A DNA stretch of 64,000 bases from assembly GCA_044368575.1 (NCBI GenBank), contig JBIPPH010000005.1:5930-69929 (forward strand). The letters run 5' to 3'. The stretch is from Bacteroidia bacterium (GTDB lineage: Bacteria > Bacteroidota > Bacteroidia > NS11-12g > UBA955). Shown here piece after piece: positions 37,296-46,918 of the stretch. The translations under genes and the position numbers were made by a program. The notes under the pieces are model-generated. The model made no database searches, had not been told where the DNA came from, and was given only the letters and a program-made list of their open reading frames with translations. Position 1 is the stretch's first letter; every line of letters starts with the position of its first letter.

Positions 37296-39629
37296 ATGAA
37301 ATATTTATTATCTGCTTTTGTTTTACTGTTCAGTTTAAATGCTGCATTGGCACAAAACAAAGTATTAGCAAAAGCTGAGAAAGCTTACATTGATGGCAAT
37401 TTAGGATCTGCTAATAATGCCATAGATAAATGTCTTAAAGACAAAGACAATAAAAACAACGTGATGGTATACTTATTAAAATCCAAAATCATGTTGGGCA
37501 TTAGTAAAGATAAAAACTTGTACAGCAAATATCCTGGAGCGCTAAAAGATGCCTTAAAATATGGTGAAAAGGCCATGATACTTTTAAAAAGTGCTGATAT
37601 GGTAAAATACGGCAATGACTTTGTAAACCATTTCCAAGTCTTGTACGATGAAGATGCCTATTTTAAAACTTTACTTAAAATCAGTAACAAAGAGGCAATG
37701 GAATCTTATGACTTGAACAAATATGCCAAAGCCCTTCCGATGTTTAGAAGAAGTTTAGCCTTCAGCAATGATACTCAAGCTCAAGTGCTGATGGCTGATT
37801 GTTATTGGCAATTAGGTCAAAAAGCTGAGAGTGTGCCAATGTTTAAAAATACTGCAGAAATGATTTATGCAGCTGTATTAGACAGCAATTCTAAAGTTTA
37901 CGGTTATCAAAAGGAACCATTCAGAAAACTATGTCTGTATTATATCAGCATTAAGGCCTATGATTCTGCCTATTTGATTGTAAAAAATGGTCGTGAGATT
38001 TTCCCTAATGACCCAGTTTTGAATGATTATACTTATGGCTTATTGCGCTACAACTTAGAAAAAATCCCACCGAGCATAGATTATTTAAATGCCATCAAAA
38101 TGGGCCTTAAAGATTTTCCTGCAGATTCATTTTTAAACCACAGAGAAAATTCAATTTATATTTATTTATTGAACAGCTTGGCCATTGAACACCAGCAAAA
38201 AGCATTTGATTCTTTGATGACTGTATTTTGCAAAACAAAATTAGAAAAAGCCAACTTAAACGACTTTAATACCGTACAACGTTTTGACGCCTTTGCTGGC
38301 AAATCAGTGTCGGAATGTGAAAGCATACTGAAATCACAATTCAAAAATATGGCTTTGAGCGAAGCCTGTTATGCTTTATGGATGCATCAAAACGCGGCTA
38401 GCATTAATGCCAACAAAGTTCCAGAGCTTGGCTTTCAATCAGCTATCATGAGCGAAGCTGATATTCAAATGGCTGAATATGTTTTTAACAACGACATGGC
38501 CTTAAATCCTAAACAAAGATCTTTGATAGCCTTTAGAGCTAAATACACACAAAGTAAATTTACAAACCCTGTAAAATTTTATGATTTGTTATCAATGATT
38601 CACTTATGTGATTCAGCATCAAAATATTCTAAGACCTTTGAATTCCAAAAACAATCTGTCAATTACCGTTTGCAATTACTGAGTCAAAGTATTGACAGCA
38701 ATGAGTTTTATTTATTCAGAGACCTTTGGCCTTCTACTTTACAAATGTGTAAAGCAAGTATATATGTTGCCCAAAATAAAACCCTACAAGCCTTGTGGCA
38801 ACCTATGATTGAAAAAGATTTTAAAATTAATTATTTCGGATCAAGGGTCAATACTGGCAACAAAACTGAAGCCGGCATCCCTACATATCAATGGAATGGT
38901 TATGCAGATTCTTGTATTGCAGGCAGCATGCCAAAATCTGTTATGGAATCTGCAGAACGCAGAGTCAACTATTTCAGAAGAACTGCTGGTTTAAATAGCC
39001 CAGTAGTTTTTACCATTCAAAACAATGCTTATTGTATGTCTGCCGCATTAATGTGTGAGGCCAACAAAAGCATGAGTCATGAACCAAGTGATGGATGGCG
39101 TTGTTATATTCCTGCAGGTTTGGATGCCTTAAAACAAGGCATCATTTCAAAGGACGGTAACCCTGCTATTGCCATTACAGCAGCTATGGGACAAAACCAC
39201 CCAAGTGTTGGCAATAGACGTTGGTTGTTGTCGCCAAAGACCCAATACATGGGCATTGGTACCTCAAAAACCTACTCTGTGATCTATGCACTAGATCAAA
39301 GTCGCTTAATTGACAGCAATCAATACAAGAATCAATTCATTGCTTGGCCACCAGCTAAGGACTGCCCTAAAATGTTAATCTTTAAAAAATGGAGTTTTAG
39401 CATAGACAGTGACCTTAAAGGTGCTGTTGTTGAGATGCAAGATGCACATGGCAATCCAATTGAACTCAAGCAAGAAGCTGTTGTGAATGGTTATGGCATG
39501 AACACTTTGGTTTGGGAACCAACTATAAATTTGAAATCATTAGATAATAACAGTTCATTTAAAGTTAACATCACATTAGCCAATAAAGCAAGTTTTCAAT
39601 ACTTGGTAAACGTTATTGATATCCCTTAA
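37296..39629 (+). CDS. secreted helical-repeat (TPR-like) protein with a C-terminal CAP/SCP (YkwD-like) domain
   Basis: Signal peptide MKYLLSAFVLLFSLNAALAQ. The first roughly 530 aa are helical and repeat-like. The C-terminal block RRVNYFRRTAGLNSPVVF...YCMSAALM...SHEP...GNRRWLLSP..QYMGIG resembles CAP-domain conserved motifs. Confidence 0.55.
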   Translation: MKYLLSAFVLLFSLNAALAQNKVLAKAEKAYIDGNLGSANNAIDKCLKDKDNKNNVMVYLLKSKIMLGISKDKNLYSKYPGALKDALKYGEKAMILLKSADMVKYGNDFVNHFQVLYDEDAYFKTLLKISNKEAMESYDLNKYAKALPMFRRSLAFSNDTQAQVLMADCYWQLGQKAESVPMFKNTAEMIYAAVLDSNSKVYGYQKEPFRKLCLYYISIKAYDSAYLIVKNGREIFPNDPVLNDYTYGLLRYNLEKIPPSIDYLNAIKMGLKDFPADSFLNHRENSIYIYLLNSLAIEHQQKAFDSLMTVFCKTKLEKANLNDFNTVQRFDAFAGKSVSECESILKSQFKNMALSEACYALWMHQNAASINANKVPELGFQSAIMSEADIQMAEYVFNNDMALNPKQRSLIAFRAKYTQSKFTNPVKFYDLLSMIHLCDSASKYSKTFEFQKQSVNYRLQLLSQSIDSNEFYLFRDLWPSTLQMCKASIYVAQNKTLQALWQPMIEKDFKINYFGSRVNTGNKTEAGIPTYQWNGYADSCIAGSMPKSVMESAERRVNYFRRTAGLNSPVVFTIQNNAYCMSAALMCEANKSMSHEPSDGWRCYIPAGLDALKQGIISKDGNPAIAITAAMGQNHPSVGNRRWLLSPKTQYMGIGTSKTYSVIYALDQSRLIDSNQYKNQFIAWPPAKDCPKMLIFKKWSFSIDSDLKGAVVEMQDAHGNPIELKQEAVVNGYGMNTLVWEPTINLKSLDNNSSFKVNITLANKASFQYLVNVIDIP

Positions 39630-39632
39630 GCT

Positions 39633-40679
39633 ATGTTGTTATTTGACCAAACCAGCATTGATATTGTTTCTATTCATCAAGTAGGCAACAAATACAATGG
39701 CGAAGACTTAAGCATCTCCAAACATCCATTAGCAACTTCCAGCGCTGAAATGGACACTATGCTTAAAAAATATTTTTTACAAGGGTTTGCCACTCCAGAA
39801 TATTATCAATTTACCTCAAGTAATGAAGATGCCAGTTTAAACCCTTTGAATCAATTTGTAAGCGATGTATTTTCCGGGAATGGCAACTTTCATACCAACA
39901 GTGTGCATATCGCTAAGCACTTATATGAATCAAGTAGACACCCAATGATCAAAGCGGGAGATTTACTAGTAGTTTATTTTTCAAAGGTCAGAGCGAATAA
40001 TGAACTATGTGACGCCATTGGTATTTTTAAATCAGAAACAAAGAATCCTTTCCTCAAGATTCAAATTGAGAAAGGCAATGCCGAAATCCTTTGCGACAAG
40101 GGTATTCAATTAGATAAACCAGATAAAGCTTGTTTGATTTTAAATCAGAATGAAAACGATGGCTTTAAAATGGTTTTATTCGACAAAACCAACAAAGGCG
40201 AAGAGGCTACTTTTTTCAAGGAAATGTTTTTAAATGTTAGACCCATCAAGGATGAGTTTTTGCAAACAAAATCTTTTCTGCAAATGACTCAAGCCTATAT
40301 CAGCCAACAAATCACGGAAGAGTTCGAAGTTAATAAGACAGAACAAATTGATTTATTAAATCGATCCATTGATTACTTTAAAACACATGACAATTTTGTT
40401 CAGGCTGAATTCGAACAAGATGTGTTAATGGACGATAACATTGTTCAATCATTCCAGAAATTCAACAAAAATTATGCTGAAGCGCATGATTTAGAAATAG
40501 TCAATGCTTTTGATATTTCTCTAGCTGCAGTTAAAAAACAGTCTAGAGTGTTTAAAAGCATTCTAAAGTTGGATAGAAATTTTCACATTTACATACATGG
40601 CAATAAAGATTTAATTGAGCATGGAGTTGAAAAAGATGGTCGAAAATTTTACAAGATTTATTACGAGCAAGAGTCATAA
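39633..40679 (+). CDS. nucleoid-associated protein, NdpA/YejK (NA37)-like
   Basis: 348 aa. The N-terminal IDIVSIHQVGNK..., mid-region IKAGDLLVVYF and overall size and pattern fit PF04245-type proteins as I remember them. 3-nt gap after the upstream gene. Not verified by search. Confidence 0.6.
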   Translation: MLLFDQTSIDIVSIHQVGNKYNGEDLSISKHPLATSSAEMDTMLKKYFLQGFATPEYYQFTSSNEDASLNPLNQFVSDVFSGNGNFHTNSVHIAKHLYESSRHPMIKAGDLLVVYFSKVRANNELCDAIGIFKSETKNPFLKIQIEKGNAEILCDKGIQLDKPDKACLILNQNENDGFKMVLFDKTNKGEEATFFKEMFLNVRPIKDEFLQTKSFLQMTQAYISQQITEEFEVNKTEQIDLLNRSIDYFKTHDNFVQAEFEQDVLMDDNIVQSFQKFNKNYAEAHDLEIVNAFDISLAAVKKQSRVFKSILKLDRNFHIYIHGNKDLIEHGVEKDGRKFYKIYYEQES

Positions 40680-40769
40680 TTCTGTTGCTCTGAATAATTT
40701 GTATAAACCCAATTAAATCAATATACTTGCAATTGTAATTCCAACCCTTGGGTTGTATACTTTCTATTT

Positions 40770-41321
40770 ATGAGAAATTACAAAAAACTTTTTCCTCTAA
40801 TGAAACTTCGTGTATACATAGTGTATGGATTAGCTTCGATGGTATTAATCATATCAATGCTATTTGCATACAGATACACTTGGGGTTTTGACCATTACCG
40901 CAACCATAAAACTTGTATTTCCGAAATGGGCATCAAAACCAGTAGATTGACTGTACCTCCCTCTATTTTGTTTTTCAAATTGGATGGCTCATACAATAGC
41001 TTTGCTATCAAACGCACAACAGTTGCTGAATATGATACCTTTTTAAACAATATACAAGTTGGTGATACCATACTATTGACCCATGATTACATCCCCAATA
41101 TAAGCCATGCTATGAATGATCAAATCATACACATGCAAAAAGGTTCAATGGTCTTTATAGACATCATGAAGCGAAGACATCGCGATTTATACATTGCCTT
41201 GAGTTTGTTTTTTGTAAGTATAGCAATGAGTGTTTATGCCTATTTATTAAATCAAAAAATCACTCGCAAGCTTAAACACATTGGTTCAGAGTTTGAAGGT
41301 TTGGGCAATTACACCTTTTAA
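40770..41321 (+). CDS. hypothetical membrane protein (two TM helices)
   Basis: 183 aa. An N-terminal TM (VYIVYGLASMVLIISMLFAY) and a C-terminal TM (LYIALSLFFVSIAMSVYAYLL). No family recognised. Confidence 0.4.
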   Translation: MRNYKKLFPLMKLRVYIVYGLASMVLIISMLFAYRYTWGFDHYRNHKTCISEMGIKTSRLTVPPSILFFKLDGSYNSFAIKRTTVAEYDTFLNNIQVGDTILLTHDYIPNISHAMNDQIIHMQKGSMVFIDIMKRRHRDLYIALSLFFVSIAMSVYAYLLNQKITRKLKHIGSEFEGLGNYTF

Positions 41322-41322
41322 A

Positions 41323-42363
41323 TTAAGGCATTGAAATCGTAATATTGATGCGCTTCAAGCCTGCTTTGGCTTTGTCTTGATTATCATCCAACAAGACAGC
41401 GTGCTTATAATCATTATAAGCTCCAGTACTATTCTTTAATTGTTCCTTCATAAAACCTCTCAGAGTATAAGCATCAGCATATTCAGGAGACAAGGTTATG
41501 GCATCATCTAAAAACGAGATAGCCTTACTGTAATCATTAAACAGGCCATGAATAAACCCAAGATTGTAACGGCAAAAAATATGTGAAGGATTGATTCTAG
41601 CAACAGCCTCATAAAGTTTCATGGCATCTTTGTACTGATGGTGTTGTTGTAAGTATAGACCTTTAGCATACAATGCCTCATCACTAAACGCATTAATTTC
41701 AAGCGCTCTATCAAAAAACAACAATGCTTTTTTATTGTCAAGCTGAGCATAGTAATTGCCTAATTGCATGGTAGCATCATAATGTTTACTATCATACGTG
41801 AGTGTTTGCTCGAACAATAAAATAGCCTTAGAAGTATCTCCCGTTTCTTTAGCAATAATGCCCAAATAAAAATAAGGACCAGGATTAGCTACTTCTTGTT
41901 TATTGGCTTTAATGTATAAGGCCTGAGCTTTTGAATAATCTTGTTTGGCCAAATACAATTTGGCTAGATCCATAGTAGCATCGAAAAAGTTTGGCTTCAA
42001 TTGAATGGCTTTATTGTATGACTGCTCTGCAATTTTAGCGTTAGCAGTATCACCAGACATTAAATATTTGGCATGCACATAATGGTAAAGCGGATTGATA
42101 GAATCTAGCTGAAGTGCATACTCTATATCGTACTGCGCCTGTTTGAAGTTTTGCTCATAAAAAAAAGTATTAGATCGTTTGTAATACAATTCAGGATTAC
42201 TTGGCTCCAAATTAATTTTCTTACTGATATTGCGAATTTCAACAGAAAAAGAAGTGTCAGACTCTGCTATAAAACGAGGGTTTTGAGCTTGCTTACAGGC
42301 AGGTAACCCTGTGAGCATCAGGATAAATAGTAGGCAAAAACATATCGGGTAACGAAACAACAT
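41323..42363 (-). CDS. tetratricopeptide-repeat lipoprotein
   Basis: Lipobox-like LTGLPAC after a hydrophobic signal, then about 8 TPR units (Y..A..L.P....A...LG..Y pattern). Confidence 0.8.
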   Translation of the reverse strand: MLFRYPICFCLLFILMLTGLPACKQAQNPRFIAESDTSFSVEIRNISKKINLEPSNPELYYKRSNTFFYEQNFKQAQYDIEYALQLDSINPLYHYVHAKYLMSGDTANAKIAEQSYNKAIQLKPNFFDATMDLAKLYLAKQDYSKAQALYIKANKQEVANPGPYFYLGIIAKETGDTSKAILLFEQTLTYDSKHYDATMQLGNYYAQLDNKKALLFFDRALEINAFSDEALYAKGLYLQQHHQYKDAMKLYEAVARINPSHIFCRYNLGFIHGLFNDYSKAISFLDDAITLSPEYADAYTLRGFMKEQLKNSTGAYNDYKHAVLLDDNQDKAKAGLKRINITISMP

Positions 42364-42406
42364 TGGGTAAAATTCTGTATTTTTACCAACAAATTTAGAT
42401 AAAAAA

Positions 42407-43564
42407 ATGCCACATTACCATAGAGCCGGTAAAATTCCGTCTAAAAGACATATTCAGTTCAGAAAACCTGATGGGAAACTCTACTCAGAAGAATTAGTCA
42501 GCACTGAGGGTTTCTCAAGTACATATTCTTTGGTTTACCATTGTCATCCACCAACTTTGGTTGAATCAATTGGCCAACCATACTCTGTTGCTCCTGTGGC
42601 AGCGATTGCAAACAACATGCAAAACAGGTCTTTTTTGACCTTTAGTGTAGCCCCTAAGAAGGACTATTTAGAAAGCCGTGTGGTTCAGTTATTTAACAAT
42701 GACATGTACATGTCTTCTGCTGCTCCACAAGCCTCCATGACTGATTATTTTTACAAAAATGCAGATGCAGATGAAGTCATTTTTATACATGAAGGCAGTG
42801 GCTACTTGCAAACTTTATATGGCAAAATTCATTTTGAATATGGCGATTATTTAGTCGTTCCTAGAGGAGTTATTTATCAAATCCATTTCAACAATAGTCA
42901 AAACAGGTTAATGATCATTGAATCTTTTAGCCCTATAAGACCACCAAAAAGATACCTCAACAATATGGGGCAATTTTTAGAACACTCTCCTTATTGCGAA
43001 AGAGATATTAAATTGCCAACGGACTTAGAAACCCACGATGAACACGGCCAATTTAAAGTTCTAATCAAAAAAGGTGATGAGATTTTTCCTTACACCTACA
43101 CTACCCACCCTTTTGATGCTATTGGTTGGGATGGCTATCACTACCCGTATGGCTTTAGCATTCATAATTATGAACCAATTACCGGTCGAGTGCACATGCC
43201 ACCTCCGATTCACCAAACATTCGAAGGACACAATTTTGTAATTTGTTCTTTTGTGCCGCGCTTATACGATTACCATCCAGAATCTATACCTGCGCCATAC
43301 AACCACAGCAATGTTGATTCTGATGAAGTTCTATACTATGTTGATGGTGATTTCATGAGCAGAAAACACGTAGAAAAAGGCATGATTACCCTGCATCCTA
43401 AGGGAATTCCACATGGCCCACACCCTGGTACTGTTGAAAAAAGTATAGGTGCAAAGGAAACCAAAGAACTCGCTGTTATGATAGACCCATTTTTCCCGTT
43501 AAAAATCACTCAAGCAGCCCTCCAAATTGAAGACCCAAGCTACTACAAAAGCTGGGTAGAATAA
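42407..43564 (+). CDS. hmgA: homogentisate 1,2-dioxygenase
   Basis: 385 aa cupin-type short form with the C-terminal HPKGIPHGPHPG block, as seen in Bacteroidota HmgA. Confidence 0.88.
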   Translation: MPHYHRAGKIPSKRHIQFRKPDGKLYSEELVSTEGFSSTYSLVYHCHPPTLVESIGQPYSVAPVAAIANNMQNRSFLTFSVAPKKDYLESRVVQLFNNDMYMSSAAPQASMTDYFYKNADADEVIFIHEGSGYLQTLYGKIHFEYGDYLVVPRGVIYQIHFNNSQNRLMIIESFSPIRPPKRYLNNMGQFLEHSPYCERDIKLPTDLETHDEHGQFKVLIKKGDEIFPYTYTTHPFDAIGWDGYHYPYGFSIHNYEPITGRVHMPPPIHQTFEGHNFVICSFVPRLYDYHPESIPAPYNHSNVDSDEVLYYVDGDFMSRKHVEKGMITLHPKGIPHGPHPGTVEKSIGAKETKELAVMIDPFFPLKITQAALQIEDPSYYKSWVE

Positions 43565-43671
43565 TACCCTGTTTTACTTAATCGTTAAAACACATTTATA
43601 CTCTCAAGTAAAATGGGTAGTTTGATATATTTTACCTATTTTTGCGCCCTTTAATACTGAAAACATTTATT

Positions 43672-46131
43672 ATGAATCAAATTGTCTATTTAGTACCCTT
43701 ATTAGGCCTCGTAGGTTTACTGGTTATGGCCGTAAAATCTGCCTGGGTTAACAAACAAGAAACTGGCGACGAAAACATGAACCGCTTGGCATCATACATT
43801 GCCAAAGGCGCTATGGCTTTCTTAAAAGCCGAGTGGAAAGTGCTTAGTTATTTTGCCATCATTGCTGCTATCCTATTAGCTTGGAGCGGCACTTTGGTTG
43901 AAAATTCTCATCCAATGATTGCAGTAGCTTTCCTTATTGGTGCTGTATTATCAGCATTAGCTGGTTACATCGGTATGAACATTGCCACTAAGGCCAATGT
44001 TAGAACCACGCAAGCCGCCAGAACAAGTTTAGCTAAAGCCTTAAAAGTATCATTCAATGGTGGTACAGTTATGGGTTTAGGGGTTGCAGGTTTAGCCATT
44101 ATCGGTTTAGGCTCATTGTTTATATTATTCTACAACATGTTTGTACCTATTGGTACTAGCAATATGGAAACAGCCATTGAAGTATTGGCAGGTTTTTCGT
44201 TAGGTGCTGAATCAATTGCCCTATTTGCAAGAGTTGGTGGCGGTATCTATACTAAAGCTGCTGACGTTGGTGCTGACTTAGTTGGTAAAGTAGAAGCTGG
44301 TATCCCTGAAGACGATGTGCGTAACCCTGCTACAATTGCAGACAACGTTGGAGACAACGTAGGTGACGTTGCTGGTATGGGTGCTGACTTATTCGGTTCG
44401 TATGTGGCTACAATTTTGGCGACAATGGTATTGGGTCAAGAAATCAAATTACCTAACAATGATATTTCACCTGTATTGTTACCAATGTTGATTGCTGGCA
44501 TGGGTTTGATCTTCTCTATCGTTGGAACTTGGTTTACTCGTATCAAAAACGAAACTGATTCAGTTCAAAACGCTTTGAACATGGGTAACTGGTCTTCAAT
44601 CATTTTAACTGCCATTGCTTCCTATTTCTTAGTTGATTATATTTTACCTGATGGTACACTTACACTCAGAGGTTTTGAATTCACCAAAATGGGTGTATTC
44701 TCTTCTATCATTGTAGGTTTGGTTGTTGGTGCTTTAATGAGCATTGTAACAGAATACTACACTGCCATGGGCAAACGTCCTGTTAATTCAATCATTCAAA
44801 AATCAGCTACAGGCCATGCGACTAACATTATCGGTGGTTTGTCTGTTGGTATGGAATCTACGGTTATTCCTATTTTAGTTTTAGCCGCTGGTATTATCAC
44901 TTCCTATAGTTTTGCTGGTTTATACGGTGTGGCTATTGCCGCTGCTGGTATGATGGCGACTACAGCTATGCAATTAGCGATTGACGCTTTCGGTCCTATT
45001 GCTGACAATGCTGGTGGTATAGCTGAAATGAGTCAATTACCGCCTGAAGTTCGTGAAAGAACTGATAATCTTGATGCTGTAGGTAATACAACAGCAGCAA
45101 CTGGTAAAGGTTTTGCGATTGCTTCTGCAGCTTTAACTTCATTAGCATTATTTGCAGCCTTTGTTGGTGTTGCAGGTATTGATGCCATCAACATATACAA
45201 AGCCCCAGTATTAGCGGCTTTATTTATTGGTGGTATGATCCCATTCATTTTCTCTTCATTAGCTATTGCAGCAGTTGGTAGAGCAGCTATGGATATGGTT
45301 AACGAAGTTAGAAGACAATTCAGAGAAATTCCGGGCATTATGGAATACAAAGCCCAACCAGAATACGAAAAGTGTGTAGCCATTTCAACCAAAGCTTCAT
45401 TAAGAGAAATGTTAGCTCCAGGAGCTATTGCTTTGTTGGTTCCAGTTTTAGTTGGTTTTGGTTTTAAAGGCGTATTCCCTGACACCAGCTCTGCTGAAAT
45501 CTTAGGTGGTTTGTTAGCAGGTGTTACTGTAAGTGGTGTGTTAATGGGTATTTTCCAAAACAACGCTGGCGGTGCTTGGGATAATGCAAAGAAATCTTTT
45601 GAAAAAGGGGTTGAAATCAACGGCGAAACATTCTACAAAAAATCTGAGCCACATAAAGCTTCTGTAACTGGTGATACTGTTGGTGATCCTTTCAAAGACA
45701 CTTCAGGTCCTTCAATGAACATCCTAATCAAATTGATGAGTATTGTTTCATTGGTAATTGCGCCACATATTTCAACAGCCTCTCATGGTGCTGATAAAGA
45801 TTGTTGCAAAAATAAAACTGAAGTATGTGCTTCAGAGAATCCACATATGAACGGCAAATGCGATATGACTTTGTGTGCAACTATGAGCAAAGACGAGTGT
45901 GCTAAAATGTGCGATAGCCTTGGTTGTGACTCAACTCAAAAAGCTCATTGCTTAAGCATGTACGATGCTAATGGCAATTGGATTGGTCAATGCCCAGCAG
46001 ACAAAATGGAATGCCATGGCGAAGCTGACGGTAAATGTTGCAAAGGTGAAACTGAAAAAGCTTGTGCTGCTGACCCTGCGTCATGCAAAAACAAAGCTGA
46101 AGGCAAAGCTTGTTGCAAAGACAAACATTAA
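43672..46131 (+). CDS. hppA: membrane-bound proton/sodium-translocating pyrophosphatase with an atypical Cys-rich C-terminal extension
   Basis: Canonical motifs [38 protein letters not shown] and [24 protein letters not shown] at 43672 ([12 protein letters not shown]) preferred over the TTG at 43642. The last 112 codons (45793-46128) are extra and contain 17 Cys. Confidence 0.95.
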   Translation: MNQIVYLVPLLGLVGLLVMAVKSAWVNKQETGDENMNRLASYIAKGAMAFLKAEWKVLSYFAIIAAILLAWSGTLVENSHPMIAVAFLIGAVLSALAGYIGMNIATKANVRTTQAARTSLAKALKVSFNGGTVMGLGVAGLAIIGLGSLFILFYNMFVPIGTSNMETAIEVLAGFSLGAESIALFARVGGGIYTKAADVGADLVGKVEAGIPEDDVRNPATIADNVGDNVGDVAGMGADLFGSYVATILATMVLGQEIKLPNNDISPVLLPMLIAGMGLIFSIVGTWFTRIKNETDSVQNALNMGNWSSIILTAIASYFLVDYILPDGTLTLRGFEFTKMGVFSSIIVGLVVGALMSIVTEYYTAMGKRPVNSIIQKSATGHATNIIGGLSVGMESTVIPILVLAAGIITSYSFAGLYGVAIAAAGMMATTAMQLAIDAFGPIADNAGGIAEMSQLPPEVRERTDNLDAVGNTTAATGKGFAIASAALTSLALFAAFVGVAGIDAINIYKAPVLAALFIGGMIPFIFSSLAIAAVGRAAMDMVNEVRRQFREIPGIMEYKAQPEYEKCVAISTKASLREMLAPGAIALLVPVLVGFGFKGVFPDTSSAEILGGLLAGVTVSGVLMGIFQNNAGGAWDNAKKSFEKGVEINGETFYKKSEPHKASVTGDTVGDPFKDTSGPSMNILIKLMSIVSLVIAPHISTASHGADKDCCKNKTEVCASENPHMNGKCDMTLCATMSKDECAKMCDSLGCDSTQKAHCLSMYDANGNWIGQCPADKMECHGEADGKCCKGETEKACAADPASCKNKAEGKACCKDKH

Positions 46132-46149
46132 TCAATAAATCATTATCAC

Positions 46150-46179
46150 AAAAGCCTCTGAATTTCAGGGGCTTTTTTT
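46150..46179. terminator. bidirectional rho-independent terminator (hppA / trmH convergent)
   Basis: AAAA-GCCTCTGAA-T-TTCAGGGGC-TTTTTTT, a 9-bp stem with one G-U pair and A/T runs on both sides. Confidence 0.75.
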
Positions 46180-46906
46180 ATGCCTTTAAACGATCGAGCA
46201 ATATCGCAGCGCTAACTGCTGCATTCAAAGACTCTGCTTGCCCGAATCTAGGGATGGTTAATTCATAAGCAGCTTGAGCCATAAGCATTTGATCAACACC
46301 ATGCCCTTCATTACCAATCACTAATAAGCCTTTTTGAGGCAAAGGTCCCTTATGAATATTAATCCCATTAAAATCAGCAACCACCAATGGCAAATCTACT
46401 AACTGAGCATACTTTAAAATATCGCCATATATCACTTTAACCCTTAGAAAACTACCCATAGTTGAATTGATGCATTTAGGCGCATAAACATCTGTGCAAC
46501 CAATACTGCAAACTATGGTATCAATACCATACCAATCAGCTATTCTGATGATGGTCCCTAAATTACCTGGATCCTGAATAGCATCCAAGCCAATCACCCA
46601 AGGCTCTTTGCTCTTATGATTTGACCAATCGGGCATTTGAACCAAGGCTAAGACCTTTTGTGGGGCAAAATGCGAAGACAACTGTTTAAGTTCTTGGTCA
46701 GTCACTTCAAAAACCTGGGCTTGTTTTAAATCTAATTGATTGTTATTCAACCATTCAGAGACGGCAAACAGCTTTGTAACTTTATAGGGGCTTTTCAACA
46801 ATTCGGCAATACTTTTTTCTCCCTCGACTATAAATTGGCCGTATTTTTGTCTCAGTTTCTTATCTTGAAGACCCTTGACCAATTGAATATTCGCTTTACT
46901 AATCAT
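46178..46906 (-). CDS. TrmH/SpoU-family RNA 2'-O-methyltransferase
   Basis: 242 aa. N-terminal substrate-binding domain (NIQLVKGLQDKKLRQKYGQFIVEG) and SpoU motifs DPGNLGTIIRIADW, LVIGNEGHG and ESLNAAVSAAILL. Confidence 0.88.
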   Translation of the reverse strand: MISKANIQLVKGLQDKKLRQKYGQFIVEGEKSIAELLKSPYKVTKLFAVSEWLNNNQLDLKQAQVFEVTDQELKQLSSHFAPQKVLALVQMPDWSNHKSKEPWVIGLDAIQDPGNLGTIIRIADWYGIDTIVCSIGCTDVYAPKCINSTMGSFLRVKVIYGDILKYAQLVDLPLVVADFNGINIHKGPLPQKGLLVIGNEGHGVDQMLMAQAAYELTIPRFGQAESLNAAVSAAILLDRLKA

Positions 46907-46918
46907 GGCTTAAAAGCT

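Noticed and set aside
45033-45620. 195-aa ORF antisense to hppA. Similar antisense ORFs occur at 3755-4162, 5118-5309, 5442-5630, 10389-10622, 11549-11794, 48856-49215, 49473-50068, 53925-54242 and 58384-58704.
   Set aside because: All lie entirely inside confidently identified genes on the opposite strand. Their sequences are low-complexity or hydrophobic, as expected from reverse-complemented codons, and they show no recognisable motifs. They are shadow ORFs.
46736-46918. Track start of the Omp85 ORF at 46736, which adds 61 extra residues.
   Set aside because: This segment is the reverse complement of the well-supported trmH N-terminal coding region. The residues it would add (MIVIQPFRDGKQLCNFIG...) do not form a signal peptide, whereas a lipobox-containing signal begins near 46883-46937.
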